Shown: positions 15,455-24,000 of the stretch, one piece after another
Numbering within the stretch: the stretch's first letter is position 1
Layout: each line of letters starts with the position of its first letter
Assembly (NCBI RefSeq): GCF_016461715.1
Contig: NZ_JAEMUI010000027.1
Location: 1,899 to 25,898, forward strand
DNA length: 24,000 nt
Source of the DNA: Marinomonas spartinae
GTDB lineage: Bacteria > Pseudomonadota > Gammaproteobacteria > Pseudomonadales > Marinomonadaceae
Reading direction: 5' to 3'
The notes under the pieces: generated by a model
Seen by the model: only the letters and a program-made list of their open reading frames with translations
What the model was told of the DNA's origin: nothing
Databases searched by the model: none
Translations under genes and position numbers: made by a program

Positions 15455-17326
15455 ATGTCTGACGCTGATATTCAGCCTACATTTGATTCGTTGGGTCTAA
15501 TAGCCCCTGTTCTTAAAGCGGTTGCCGATCTCGGTTATGAGCAACCCTCAGCTATCCAAGCGCAAAGTATTCCATATCTATTAGAAGGTCGCGATCTTCT
15601 TGGGCAAGCGCAGACGGGTACTGGTAAGACGGCGGCGTTTGCGCTTCCGCTGCTGTCTCGCATTGATGTTACAGATAAAACGACACAACTACTTGTATTG
15701 GCTCCAACTCGTGAACTTGCTATTCAGGTTTCTGAAGCATTTCAAAGTTATGCCCGTAATATTCCAGATTTTCATGTTTTGCCCATTTACGGCGGCATGT
15801 CATACGACACTCAACTCCGCCAACTAAGACGTGGCGTGCAAGTGGTTGTGGGTACGCCTGGTCGTGTTATGGACCATATTCGTCGTAAAACCCTAAAACT
15901 GGACACGCTTAAAGCGTTGGTTTTGGATGAAGCAGACGAAATGCTGCGCATGGGCTTCATCGATGATGTCGAATGGATCTTAGAGCAAACGCCACCTACG
16001 CGCCAAATCGCACTGTTTTCTGCGACCATGCCTTCTGTTATTCGCCAAGTGGCCAACCGCCATTTGAATAATCCAAAAGAAGTGAAAATCGTAACGAAAA
16101 CATCGACCGCGATGACGATTACGCAAAAATACTGGCAAGTAAGCGGCCTGCATAAACTGGACGCTTTGACCCGTATTCTTGAAATGAACGAGCACGATGG
16201 CATGATCATCTTTGTTCGTACCAAAGCGGCAACAGTTGAGCTAGCTGAAAAGCTAACGGCTCGCGGTCATGCTTGTGAAGCTCTTAACGGCGACATCAGC
16301 CAGAATTTGCGTGAGCGTACGGTTGATCGTATCAAAAATGGTCAGATCGATATTCTTGTTGCTACTGACGTAGTGGCGCGTGGATTGGACGTAGAGCGTG
16401 TTAGTCACGTAGTAAACTACGACATTCCATACGATACAGAGTCTTACGTTCACCGTATTGGTCGTACTGGCCGTGCTGGTCGTTCGGGTACCGCGATTTT
16501 GTTCGTTGCCAACCGTGAGCGTCGTATGTTGCAAGCAATTGAGCGTGCAACTCGCCAGCCTATTGAAAAAATGCAGTTGCCTACTGCTTCTGATATCAAT
16601 CAGCAGCGTGTTAGTCGCTTTAAACAGCGCATCACCGAAACCATGGACAACGAAGATCTCGATTTCTTCTTAGAGCTTGTTCAAGAGTACCAAAAAGAGA
16701 ACGAAGTTGATCCGTTAAAAATGGCAGCGGCGTTGGCTCATATGGCTCAAGGCAAAACCTCTTTATTGTTGTCTGAAATGGAAGTGCGTCAAGAGCGTCG
16801 TGAGCGTTCGGATCGTGGCGACCGTCCAGATCGTGGTCCGCGTGGTGACCGTCCAGAACGTGCTCCTCGTAAACAGCGTCCAGTGACTGCGGAAGCTATG
16901 CCGTTGAAAGACGATCCAGATACAGCGATGACACGCTACGTGGTTCAAGTGGGTTATAGCGATGGCGTTAAGCCTGGCAATATTGTTGGTGCTATTGCCA
17001 ACGAAGCGGACATTGAAAGTCGTTACATTGGTCATATCGAAATTTATGAAGATTTCGCAACGGTGGACTTGCCTTCTAACTTAACGGGCGAAACATTAGG
17101 TAAGTTGGGTAAGACACGTATCTGTGGTCAACGTTCTGATATTGCCAAACTAGAAGATGCGGATGCGTTGAACAAGCGTGCTGCGGCTCCTTCTGCTCGT
17201 AAGCGTCCTTCTGGCGATCGTCGTCCTTCTAACGCATCTGGCGAACGTCGTCGTGCTTCTAGTAGTCGTGATCGTGATAACAGTCGCGGTGATCGTCGCC
17301 CAAGAGCGCCACGTAAAGACAGCTAA
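15455..17326 (+). CDS. deaD: DEAD-box ATP-dependent RNA helicase DeaD/CsdA
   Basis: All helicase motifs are present: AQTGTGKT, PTRELA, VLDEADEML, SAT and HRIGRTGRAG. A DbpA-like region and an Arg/Asp/Ser-rich tail follow. The ATG at 15455 (MSDADIQPTFDSLGL) is preferred over the upstream TTG at 15395. Confidence 0.95.
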   Translation: MSDADIQPTFDSLGLIAPVLKAVADLGYEQPSAIQAQSIPYLLEGRDLLGQAQTGTGKTAAFALPLLSRIDVTDKTTQLLVLAPTRELAIQVSEAFQSYARNIPDFHVLPIYGGMSYDTQLRQLRRGVQVVVGTPGRVMDHIRRKTLKLDTLKALVLDEADEMLRMGFIDDVEWILEQTPPTRQIALFSATMPSVIRQVANRHLNNPKEVKIVTKTSTAMTITQKYWQVSGLHKLDALTRILEMNEHDGMIIFVRTKAATVELAEKLTARGHACEALNGDISQNLRERTVDRIKNGQIDILVATDVVARGLDVERVSHVVNYDIPYDTESYVHRIGRTGRAGRSGTAILFVANRERRMLQAIERATRQPIEKMQLPTASDINQQRVSRFKQRITETMDNEDLDFFLELVQEYQKENEVDPLKMAAALAHMAQGKTSLLLSEMEVRQERRERSDRGDRPDRGPRGDRPERAPRKQRPVTAEAMPLKDDPDTAMTRYVVQVGYSDGVKPGNIVGAIANEADIESRYIGHIEIYEDFATVDLPSNLTGETLGKLGKTRICGQRSDIAKLEDADALNKRAAAPSARKRPSGDRRPSNASGERRRASSSRDRDNSRGDRRPRAPRKDS

Positions 17327-17382
17327 TCATTTTGATCAACTTATCGTTTGCGATAAACGATACGTTGTAAGAAGATATTCAA

Positions 17383-17416
17383 AGGCCGAGCGGAGCAATC
17401 TGTTCGGCTTTTTTTA
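17383..17416 (+). terminator. Rho-independent terminator of deaD
   Basis: GCCGAGCGG-agcaat-CTGTTCGGC stem (9 bp including 2 G-T pairs), followed by a T7 run. Confidence 0.7.
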
Positions 17417-17528
17417 TGCTCCTAGTGAGGAGGGGACTGTCAGCCGATAGATGGGCGCTGCGACTTTGTTTTTATTCTGCTAAAATCCAAACGCCTGTTA
17501 ACCCTTTCTTTACCACATAAGGCCTGTA

Positions 17529-18563
17529 ATGAACGAAATCACTATTATTAAACCGGATGATTGGCACTTACATTTTCGCGACGAGGATATGCTGTATGAA
17601 ACGGTGCCCGCCACGGCACGCTGCTTTGCAAGAGCCGTTGTTATGCCTAACCTTGTTCCACCAGTAATCAATGCCGAACTAGCATTGAGTTATAAAGAGC
17701 GCATTATGGCTGCTCGACCTGAGGGGAGTTCCTTTACGCCTCTGATGACGATTTATTTGACTGATAAAACCAGCGTTCAAGATATTCAAGAGGCGAAAAA
17801 AGCGGGGGTTCTTGCGGCGAAAATGTATCCGGCAGGGGCGACAACCAATTCTGATTCTGGCGTGAATTCCCTTGAGTCGCTTTACCCTGTGTTTGAGGCG
17901 CTAGCAGACAATGACATGTTGTTGTTGATTCATGGTGAAGTGACACAAAAACACATTGATATTTTTGATCGTGAAAAAGCCTTTATTGATCAGCATATGG
18001 TGAATATTGTTGAGCGGGTGCCACATTTAAAAGTGGTATTTGAGCACATCACCACAAAAGATGCCGCTGACTTTGTGCTTAATGCCCGCGAAGGCGTGGC
18101 CGCCACCATTACACCACAACACCTGCTACTAAACCGAAATGATATGTTGGATGGTGGTATTCGCCCCCATAACTATTGCTTGCCAGTACTCAAACGCAGT
18201 ACTCACCAAGAAGCCTTACGTGCGGCTGTCCAATCCGGCTCGCCGAAATTCTTTTTAGGTACCGATTCGGCGCCCCATGCTAAACATCGCAAAGAATCCG
18301 ACTGTGGTTGTGCGGGCTGCTACAGTGCTTGGTCGGCCCTTGAGTTGTATGCGCAAGTATTTGATGAGCTGGACGCGTTAGATAAGCTAGAAGGTTTTGC
18401 CAGTTTGCATGGTGCGGATTTTTATGGACTTCCGCGCAACACGCAAACAGTTACCTTGATCCGTGAATCATGGGAAGTGCCAAATAGCATTACTCTACCA
18501 AACGGCGAGCCCATTGTGCCTTTCTTTGCTGGTAAACCAGTGGCTTGGAAGTTGAAAGATTAA
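17529..18563 (+). CDS. pyrC: Dihydroorotase (class II, PyrC)
   Basis: 344 aa. The N-terminal [11 protein letters not shown] is the HxH metal site and is collinear with E. coli PyrC. The sequence also contains [15 protein letters not shown] and LGTDSAPH. Confidence 0.95.
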   Translation: MNEITIIKPDDWHLHFRDEDMLYETVPATARCFARAVVMPNLVPPVINAELALSYKERIMAARPEGSSFTPLMTIYLTDKTSVQDIQEAKKAGVLAAKMYPAGATTNSDSGVNSLESLYPVFEALADNDMLLLIHGEVTQKHIDIFDREKAFIDQHMVNIVERVPHLKVVFEHITTKDAADFVLNAREGVAATITPQHLLLNRNDMLDGGIRPHNYCLPVLKRSTHQEALRAAVQSGSPKFFLGTDSAPHAKHRKESDCGCAGCYSAWSALELYAQVFDELDALDKLEGFASLHGADFYGLPRNTQTVTLIRESWEVPNSITLPNGEPIVPFFAGKPVAWKLKD

Positions 18564-18589
18564 ATCTGTAGATTGGCTTGTAAAGAAAG

Positions 18590-18618
18590 ATCGAACTCAG
18601 AAATGGGTTCGATTTTTT
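18590..18618 (+). terminator. Rho-independent terminator of pyrC
   Basis: ATCGAAC...GTTCGAT stem (18590-18596 / 18607-18613) followed by a T-run. Confidence 0.7.
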
Positions 18619-18740
18619 ATAGGTTGTTCAAGCCTCGACAGTTTTTTGTCTGATTAGGCCACTCGTGTTAAAAAAGCCTTTCTCGCGCAACGCTAAATTA
18701 TTACCATTCGGGCTTTGATTTTTTGTTTGGAGTCTTGCCC

Positions 18741-19148
18741 ATGAGTCAAGCCACGGTTGAATTACTGCAACAATACTATGACGCGTTTAACGTCCAAGAT
18801 ATGGACACCTTTTTGTCGTTACTAACGGACGATGTGGTCCATGACATCAATCAAGGTAATCGTGAAGTGGGTAAAGACGCCTTTGCGGCCTTTATGGCGC
18901 GTATGAATCGCAACTATAAAGAAACCATTGTCGATATCGTGGTGATGTCGAATCCAGCGGGTGACCGTGCGGCGGTGGAGTTTACTGTGCTAGGTGAGTA
19001 CTTGGCGACCGATGACGGGTTGCCAGACGCAAACGGCCAGACCTATAAGTTGCCAGCAGGGGCTTTCTTTGATATTCGTGATGGAAAAGTGGCCCGCGTG
19101 ACCAACTACTATAATCTTGAAGACTGGATTGCCCAAGTATCTGCTTAA
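18741..19148 (+). CDS. SnoaL-like / NTF2-fold (ketosteroid-isomerase-like) protein
   Basis: 135 aa from the ATG at 18741 (GGAG upstream). The N-terminus (VELLQQYYDAFNVQDMDTFLSLLTDDVVH) and the C-terminus (FFDIRDGKVARVTNYYN) are typical of SnoaL-like polyketide-cyclase/NTF2 domains. Confidence 0.65.
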   Translation: MSQATVELLQQYYDAFNVQDMDTFLSLLTDDVVHDINQGNREVGKDAFAAFMARMNRNYKETIVDIVVMSNPAGDRAAVEFTVLGEYLATDDGLPDANGQTYKLPAGAFFDIRDGKVARVTNYYNLEDWIAQVSA

Positions 19149-19162
19149 AGCGGAATGACATT

Positions 19163-19762
19163 ATGCTGACTTTTCAATCTCTCTCTGGCTCGCAATTGAC
19201 CCAATATATTCCTCAACTTGCTGAGCTGCGCATGCGTGTGTTTCGTGACTTTCCTTACCTTTATGATGGGGATTTGGCTTATGAAGCGCGTTATCTAAAG
19301 ACCTATATTGAAGCACCAAACAGTGTCATTGTGCTGGCCTTTGATAGCGATAAAGTAGTCGGGGCGTCAACAGGTGTGCCGCTTAGACATGAGACAGCAG
19401 AAGTAAAACAGCCTTTTGTCGACGCTGGTTTTAATATTGACGAGATTTTCTATTGTGGTGAATCTGTCTTGTTGCCTGAATATCGAGGACAAGGGGCGGG
19501 GGTGGCGTTCTTTGAATATAGGGAAGCGCATGGAAAAGCCCTTGCGGGGATCAAATACTCGTGTTTTTGCGGCGTGCAGCGTCCTGAGGGTCACCCCGCT
19601 CGTCCTGCGGATTATCAACCGTTGGATACTTTTTGGCAGAATCGTGGTTATGAGAAACGGCCAGAACTGATGACCTATTTTAGCTGGAAAGATATGGGCG
19701 ACCATGAAGAAACCCGTAAACCCATGATGTTTTGGATGAAATCTCTTTATGAGTACTTTTAA
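19163..19762 (+). CDS. GNAT-family N-acyltransferase
   Basis: 199-aa ORF with the acetyl-CoA-binding motif (YRGQGAGVAFF). It starts 14 nt after the previous gene. Confidence 0.75.
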   Translation: MLTFQSLSGSQLTQYIPQLAELRMRVFRDFPYLYDGDLAYEARYLKTYIEAPNSVIVLAFDSDKVVGASTGVPLRHETAEVKQPFVDAGFNIDEIFYCGESVLLPEYRGQGAGVAFFEYREAHGKALAGIKYSCFCGVQRPEGHPARPADYQPLDTFWQNRGYEKRPELMTYFSWKDMGDHEETRKPMMFWMKSLYEYF

Positions 19763-19765
19763 GCG

Positions 19766-20641
19766 ATGAGTACATTTAAACTGGCAACGGCACAATACGA
19801 CATAGGTTTTTTTTCTGCATGGGAAGACTTTGCTGATAAGCTCAACAATTGGGTCGCGGAGGCGGCGCAACAGGGAGCAGAGTTATTGGTTTTTCCCGAA
19901 TATGGCAGTATGGAGCTGGCGTCTTTATTTGGCGAGGAGGTTTACAGTGATTTGCAGCGTCAGATTCATGCGATGCAAACGCTGTTACCTAAGTGGCACG
20001 ATCTGCATGCGGCACTGGCCAAACGTCATAATGTGATGATTCTCGCCAGTTCCTTTCCAACTCTGCAAGGCGATGACTATTTTGTTAATCGTGCCAATTT
20101 GTTTGGCCCTGTGGGGTTAATCGATTTCCAAGACAAGCTGATGATGACACGCTTTGAAAACGAGCAATGGCATATTAGTAGTGGTGATCAGATTAAGGTG
20201 ATTGATACGGACTTAGGGCGCTTAGGTATTCATATTTGCTATGACTCAGAATTTCCCATGATTGCCAGCCAGCAAGTGGCGGCGGGAGCTGACTTATTGT
20301 TGGTGCCAAGCTGTACGGATACGCCAGCAGGTTTTCATCGGGTGCGCATTGGTTGCCAAGCGCGCGCCTTGGAGAATCAATGTTATGTGGTACAGTCGCC
20401 TACCATTGGCAATGCGTCTTGGTCAGAAGCGGTGGATGTGAATATGGGACGAGCGAGCGTCTATACACCAGTCGATTATGGCTTTCCAGATAATGGGATT
20501 TTGGTGCAAGGGCATAATGATGATGCTGGTTGGGTATTTGCTACCCTGGATTTGGCTGAAATCGCCCGCATTCGCAAGCAAGGACAAGTGTTTAATCACC
20601 GAGATTGGCCCAAGCAATTTGCTTTGCAAGGCCCGATGTGA
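19766..20641 (+). CDS. Carbon-nitrogen hydrolase (nitrilase superfamily) protein
   Basis: 291 aa with the Glu-Lys-Cys triad context visible: LLVFPEYG, FQDKLMMTRFE and GIHICYDSEFP. It starts 3 nt after the GNAT stop. Confidence 0.85.
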   Translation: MSTFKLATAQYDIGFFSAWEDFADKLNNWVAEAAQQGAELLVFPEYGSMELASLFGEEVYSDLQRQIHAMQTLLPKWHDLHAALAKRHNVMILASSFPTLQGDDYFVNRANLFGPVGLIDFQDKLMMTRFENEQWHISSGDQIKVIDTDLGRLGIHICYDSEFPMIASQQVAAGADLLLVPSCTDTPAGFHRVRIGCQARALENQCYVVQSPTIGNASWSEAVDVNMGRASVYTPVDYGFPDNGILVQGHNDDAGWVFATLDLAEIARIRKQGQVFNHRDWPKQFALQGPM

Positions 20642-20681
20642 AAAACGCTAAAGTATGGAGGCAAAGCTGCATACTTTAGCG
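20641..20681 (-). terminator. Rho-independent terminator of the MFS gene (minus orientation), abutting the nitrilase stop
   Basis: Perfect 12-bp stem CGCTAAAGTATG/CATACTTTAGCG (20646-20657 / 20670-20681). A5 at 20641-20645 reads as a T-run on the minus strand. Confidence 0.7.
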
Positions 20682-20734
20682 AGACACCTTCTGCCACTTT
20701 TATGGCTTGGGCTAGATTGTTGAATTACCTAAGG

Positions 20735-21949
20735 CTAGGCTGCTGGTGAGATATCGCCCACCATTGGCGTTTTTGATTGGCGCTCCTGCAAGAAAATATA
20801 GGTTGCCAATATAAACAGCACAATACCAAGAGCGCAGATCAACCAGTAAATGTTTTGCAAGCTGCCTGTTGCCTCGTGAATCATACCAGCCAGCAGGTTC
20901 CCTAATGAGCCTCCTAGGCCAAACGCCACCATGCCAATGCCGTTTATTTGCATGGTGGCTTTAGATGAGTATTGTTTGCTCACCCAGCCTGCGACAATGC
21001 CCCAAATAGGGAAGTACATCATGCCATAGCCAAATCCTGCGAGCAGAACGAAGTGAGCTGGATGAAAAGAAAACGCCACCAAGCCCAAGGCAAAGATGCC
21101 AAAGATGCTCAATAGTGTTACGCCGTGTCCTTTTTTGTCTGCCAATTTGCCCACAAAGAATCCTGCTATCATGCCAGTCAAACCAATCATGCTCCATGTA
21201 TAACCCCCTAATGCGGGTGGTAAAGACAATTCTGCTAAGTAGGTGTTTAACCAAGTGGTGAACGTTATGGTAGAAGCACCGACCAACAATAGAATCAAAC
21301 ATGATAAAAATGCGGTCCGTTCACGGAAAACAGTTTTAAACAGCTGTTTGGTACCCATGGCAACGGCAAAGTTAACATCAATGTCTTGGCTCTGTGCTTG
21401 ATTACGCATGCTTTTCAGCAGAGAGAAGGTAGTGAAGACAACAACCAGACCTAAAACCGATGCCACCATCCAACTGCTGCGCCAGCCCAGTAATGGTACG
21501 ATTAACAAGATAATCAGCCCGTTGACACTGTAACCCCACGCAGTACCGCTGGAGGCAATCGAAAGATTCGTTGCGGTGCGATCAGCACGCCCATGTCGTG
21601 TCACCAATTCCACAATAGAACCCCAGCTCATGGCAGCACTGGCGGCCATAATGGTCAATAAACACATCATGATGATAGGATCATTGAGCCACCCCATGAT
21701 GAACAGTAAAGAAGAGGTCAGTGAACCTGTGACAAGCAAAGTACGACCTGAATCTAGGCGATGACCAACGACACCTAAGAGCATGGCGCCAGCAAGATAG
21801 GAAATCTGTGTTAATGCGCCTGCCAGTGCAAGGTACCAACTGTTGATATTAATTGTATGCTGCATCATAGGTACCAAGGCTGCAAATAGAAACACGCCAA
21901 AGCCGTGGCTGATCACCTGATTGAAACCGAATGTTATTGCGAGCCGCAT
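20735..21949 (-). CDS. MFS transporter
   Basis: About 404-aa ORF with 12 predicted hydrophobic segments. The ATG at 21949 lies 7 nt after AAGGAG (a GTG at 21952 is also possible). It is divergent from a LysR regulator. Confidence 0.8.
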   Translation of the reverse strand: MRLAITFGFNQVISHGFGVFLFAALVPMMQHTININSWYLALAGALTQISYLAGAMLLGVVGHRLDSGRTLLVTGSLTSSLLFIMGWLNDPIIMMCLLTIMAASAAMSWGSIVELVTRHGRADRTATNLSIASSGTAWGYSVNGLIILLIVPLLGWRSSWMVASVLGLVVVFTTFSLLKSMRNQAQSQDIDVNFAVAMGTKQLFKTVFRERTAFLSCLILLLVGASTITFTTWLNTYLAELSLPPALGGYTWSMIGLTGMIAGFFVGKLADKKGHGVTLLSIFGIFALGLVAFSFHPAHFVLLAGFGYGMMYFPIWGIVAGWVSKQYSSKATMQINGIGMVAFGLGGSLGNLLAGMIHEATGSLQNIYWLICALGIVLFILATYIFLQERQSKTPMVGDISPAA

Positions 21950-22065
21950 CACAATTCTCCTTGCTCTAGTGCCTAATGATATGAGTGTGTAAAAAACACT
22001 CAGCGAATTCGCGTATAGTAGGGCCTTGCATTTATTCGGTAAATCGATGAATATTCAATTCTACG

Positions 22066-22080
22066 TTCAATTTTATTGAA
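22066..22080. promoter_or_regulatory. Candidate LysR-type binding site (T-N11-A dyad)
   Basis: The dyad TTCAATTTTATTGAA (TTCAAT/ATTGAA) lies in the 137-bp divergent MFS-LysR intergenic region. A further TTCAATT copy sits 12 nt upstream (22054-22060). Confidence 0.45.
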
Positions 22081-22089
22081 ATCTGAAAT

Positions 22090-22962
22090 ATGCGCGATTT
22101 ACCGATTAATTTACTACGTACCTTTATGGTGGTGGCGGAGACTTTGAACTTGACGGAAGCCTCCAGACAGCTGCATAAAGCGCCCTCGACCGTGAGCATG
22201 CAGCTCAATCGTCTCGAAGATTTGATTGCCAATCCGTTGATGGTGCGGGGGCAACATGGCGTGCGTTTGACTGCGGTAGGCATTCAATTAAAAAACCATG
22301 CTCAACAGCTGCTTAATCTGCACGATCAAATAGTCGGCTCCTTTCAAAATATGGACATTGATGGGGTAGTGCGTCTTGGTACCCATGACCAATACACCAG
22401 TCGAACCCTTGCGCCGATTTTGCAAGACTTTATATTGAGCTATCCCGAAGCTCAGCTAGAGGCTTTCTGTGATTATCGCCCCGATTATTTGGTGGAATTG
22501 CTGAATAAAGGCAAGTTGGACATTGCCTTGGTTGAGATGTTGGCGGATACAGTAGGGGGTGTTCGCTTACGCCGTGATGAATTAGTGTGGGTTGGCGCTA
22601 AAGGGCATTTTGTCCATATGCAAGCTGTTTTGCCTTTAGTGGTGTTTGCGGAAGGCTGCCAACATCGTCAGTATGCATGCCAAGCACTAGACGCTGAGGG
22701 CATTCCCTATCGGGTCGCTTTTACCAGTCAGAGTCGGTCGGGTATATTGGCGGCCGTTCGAGCCGGGGTGGGGGTTGCCATTGTGCCTTATCAAACGTTG
22801 GATGATGACTTAGTGATTTATCGTGATTTGCCTGCTTTGCCGGATATGGAAGTGTCGTTATTTGTGTCGCCAAAAGCAAACGAAGCCACCCGACGTTTGG
22901 AAAAAATCATTGTGGAGAACGCTATTTTTAACCCAACGGCAGCGGAGATGGATTTTAACTAG
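22090..22962 (+). CDS. LysR-family transcriptional regulator
   Basis: 290 aa. The N-terminal wHTH (LRTFMVVAETLNLTEASRQLHKAPSTVSMQLNRLE) and a LysR substrate-binding-domain length fit the family. It is divergent from the MFS gene. Confidence 0.9.
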   Translation: MRDLPINLLRTFMVVAETLNLTEASRQLHKAPSTVSMQLNRLEDLIANPLMVRGQHGVRLTAVGIQLKNHAQQLLNLHDQIVGSFQNMDIDGVVRLGTHDQYTSRTLAPILQDFILSYPEAQLEAFCDYRPDYLVELLNKGKLDIALVEMLADTVGGVRLRRDELVWVGAKGHFVHMQAVLPLVVFAEGCQHRQYACQALDAEGIPYRVAFTSQSRSGILAAVRAGVGVAIVPYQTLDDDLVIYRDLPALPDMEVSLFVSPKANEATRRLEKIIVENAIFNPTAAEMDFN

Positions 22963-23043
22963 TGGCGCGGTAAGCGGCATTCGCTATCTCTAAATCCCAT
23001 CTCTTACAAAAAATCACTTGGTCATGAGCATTGTTTGAAATTA

Positions 23044-23063
23044 TACTGTATGTATATACAGTA
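23044..23063. promoter_or_regulatory. LexA (SOS) box
   Basis: TACTGTATGTATATACAGTA fits CTGT-N8-ACAG and nearly matches the gammaproteobacterial consensus TACTGTATATATATACAGTA. It ends 14 nt upstream of the umuD start. Confidence 0.9.
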
Positions 23064-23076
23064 TTGAGTGTTAACT

Positions 23077-23523
23077 ATGCGTGTGACTTATCTTGGATCT
23101 TCAAACTCTGCTTCCTTTATCGCGGATCATCGTATTCAGGTTCCTCTTTATGTTGAGTCTGTGTCGGCGGGTTTTCCGTCGCCTGCTCAGGATTTTATTG
23201 AGAAGACACTTGATCTTAATGAATTATGCATTCCTCGGCCCATGGCGACGTTTTTTGTGCGTGCTCAGGGGGATTCGATGATTGAGGCGGGCATTCATTC
23301 AGGGGATGTGTTAGTGGTCGACCGTTCGTTAACGGCACGTCATGGGGACATCGTGATTGCTTGCCTTTATGGCGAGATGACAGTGAAAACGTTGGAGCTA
23401 AACCCCAATGTGTTGTTGCGTCCGAAAAACAAAGCCTATAAGGCCATTCATATTACCGAAGAGTCAGAACTGGAAATATTTGGAGTGGTAACGGGAGTGG
23501 TTCGTAAGTATGAACGGGGCTAA
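23077..23523 (+). CDS. umuD: Translesion polymerase V accessory subunit UmuD (S24 LexA-like peptidase)
   Basis: It shows an Ala-Gly cleavage-site context (VSAGFPSPAQD), the Ser nucleophile motif GDSM, and the Lys region MTVKTL. It is collinear with E. coli UmuD. ATG 23077 is preferred over GTG 23068. Confidence 0.9.
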   Translation: MRVTYLGSSNSASFIADHRIQVPLYVESVSAGFPSPAQDFIEKTLDLNELCIPRPMATFFVRAQGDSMIEAGIHSGDVLVVDRSLTARHGDIVIACLYGEMTVKTLELNPNVLLRPKNKAYKAIHITEESELEIFGVVTGVVRKYERG

Positions 23524-24000
23524 TAATACAGCTTTCGCCTTGGTCGATTGCAATAATTTTTACGCCAGTTGTGAGAAATTATTCCGGCCAGATTTAAAGC
23601 ACATGCCCGTTGTTGTGCTATCGAATAACGATGGCTGTATTGTGGCGCGTTCCAAAGAAGCTAAAGCTCTGGGTGTGAAAATGGGAATGCCATTGTTTCA
23701 GGCTCAGGCGGCGATAAGGCAGCATAGCATTGTGTGTTTTTCGTCGAATTATGCTCTGTATGCGGATTTGTCAAATCGAGTGATGGCAATCTTAGAGGAG
23801 GAAGCGCCACGGCTTGAGGTCTATTCTATCGATGAAGCGTTCCTCGATCTAACGGGCGTGGAATATGCCATGGATTTACTGACGTTTGGCAAACGGCTAA
23901 AAGCCAAAGTAGATAAATGGACAGGGATCACGGTAGGTGTGGGGATTGCGCCAACCAAGACGCTGGCTAAGCTGGCGAATGAGGCGGCGAAGCGATACCC
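23510..24000 (+). CDS. umuC: DNA polymerase V catalytic subunit UmuC (Y-family), 5' part, truncated by the window end
   Basis: The frame is open from the ATG at 23510 to the window edge and is not in the ORF track. It reads MNGANNTAFALVDCNNFYASCEKLFRPDL...VVLSNNDGCIVARS...YSIDEAFLDL, which contains the Y-family catalytic motifs. It overlaps the umuD 3' end by 14 nt. Confidence 0.9.
   Translation, partial: MNGANNTAFALVDCNNFYASCEKLFRPDLKHMPVVVLSNNDGCIVARSKEAKALGVKMGMPLFQAQAAIRQHSIVCFSSNYALYADLSNRVMAILEEEAPRLEVYSIDEAFLDLTGVEYAMDLLTFGKRLKAKVDKWTGITVGVGIAPTKTLAKLANEAAKRY

Noticed and set aside
19367-19870. 167-aa minus-strand ORF antisense to the GNAT gene and the start of the nitrilase gene.
   Set aside because: It lies entirely within well-supported plus-strand genes. 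Its sequence is Arg/Lys/Phe-rich and low in information, as is typical of antisense frames, and it has no recognisable motif. The same reasoning applies to the antisense or out-of-frame ORFs at 15811-16224, 15980-16195, 16253-16534, 16763-17035, 20961-21302, 12602-12865 and 10577-10888.
22032-22283. 83-aa minus-strand ORF spanning the MFS-LysR intergenic region and the LysR N-terminus.
   Set aside because: It is antisense to the strongly supported LysR HTH-coding region and has no independent support.
1-24000. A search for CRISPR arrays, tRNA/rRNA genes, IS elements, integrases, toxin-antitoxin pairs and known defence-system genes.
   Set aside because: By-eye scanning found no regularly spaced direct repeats, no cloverleaf-like sequences in the intergenic regions, and no transposase- or integrase-like ORFs. 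The only repeat-like elements are those reported at 13345-13377 and 15109-15247.

Overview
This is a 24-kb, gene-dense chromosomal stretch from a moderately AT-rich gammaproteobacterium. The proteins look marine (Oceanospirillales/Alteromonadales/Vibrio-like), but the genus cannot be fixed without a database search. Contents in order:
- A TRAP transporter (P, Q, M subunits), followed 25 nt later by a LigB-type homoprotocatechuate 2,3-dioxygenase.
- An APC-family permease.
- A tightly packed six-gene minus-strand cluster: DedA, ATP-grasp ligase, DinB-like, NRDE/TANGO2-like, YHS, DoxX.
- An Amidohydrolase-3 gene broken by a single-base homopolymer frameshift.
- A single-domain MetE-like methyltransferase, a FucU-like mutarotase and an MtfA-like M90 peptidase.
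- A ~140-bp nested imperfect palindrome.
- deaD and pyrC.
- A SnoaL-like / GNAT / carbon-nitrogen hydrolase triad.
- A divergent MFS-LysR pair.
- An SOS-boxed umuDC operon that runs off the window end.
I saw no rRNA, tRNA, CRISPR array, transposase, integrase or recognisable phage-defence gene. The best candidate for an undescribed system is the six-gene DedA/ATP-grasp/DinB/NRDE/YHS/DoxX cluster (5672-9652). Its composition matches no characterised pathway I can name. It suggests a membrane-linked module that makes and breaks an amide-linked small molecule, or a redox or haem-handling module. That reading is inference only. The SnoaL-GNAT-nitrilase triad is a second, weaker candidate. All functional calls come from reading motifs and recalling family sequences, not from searches.
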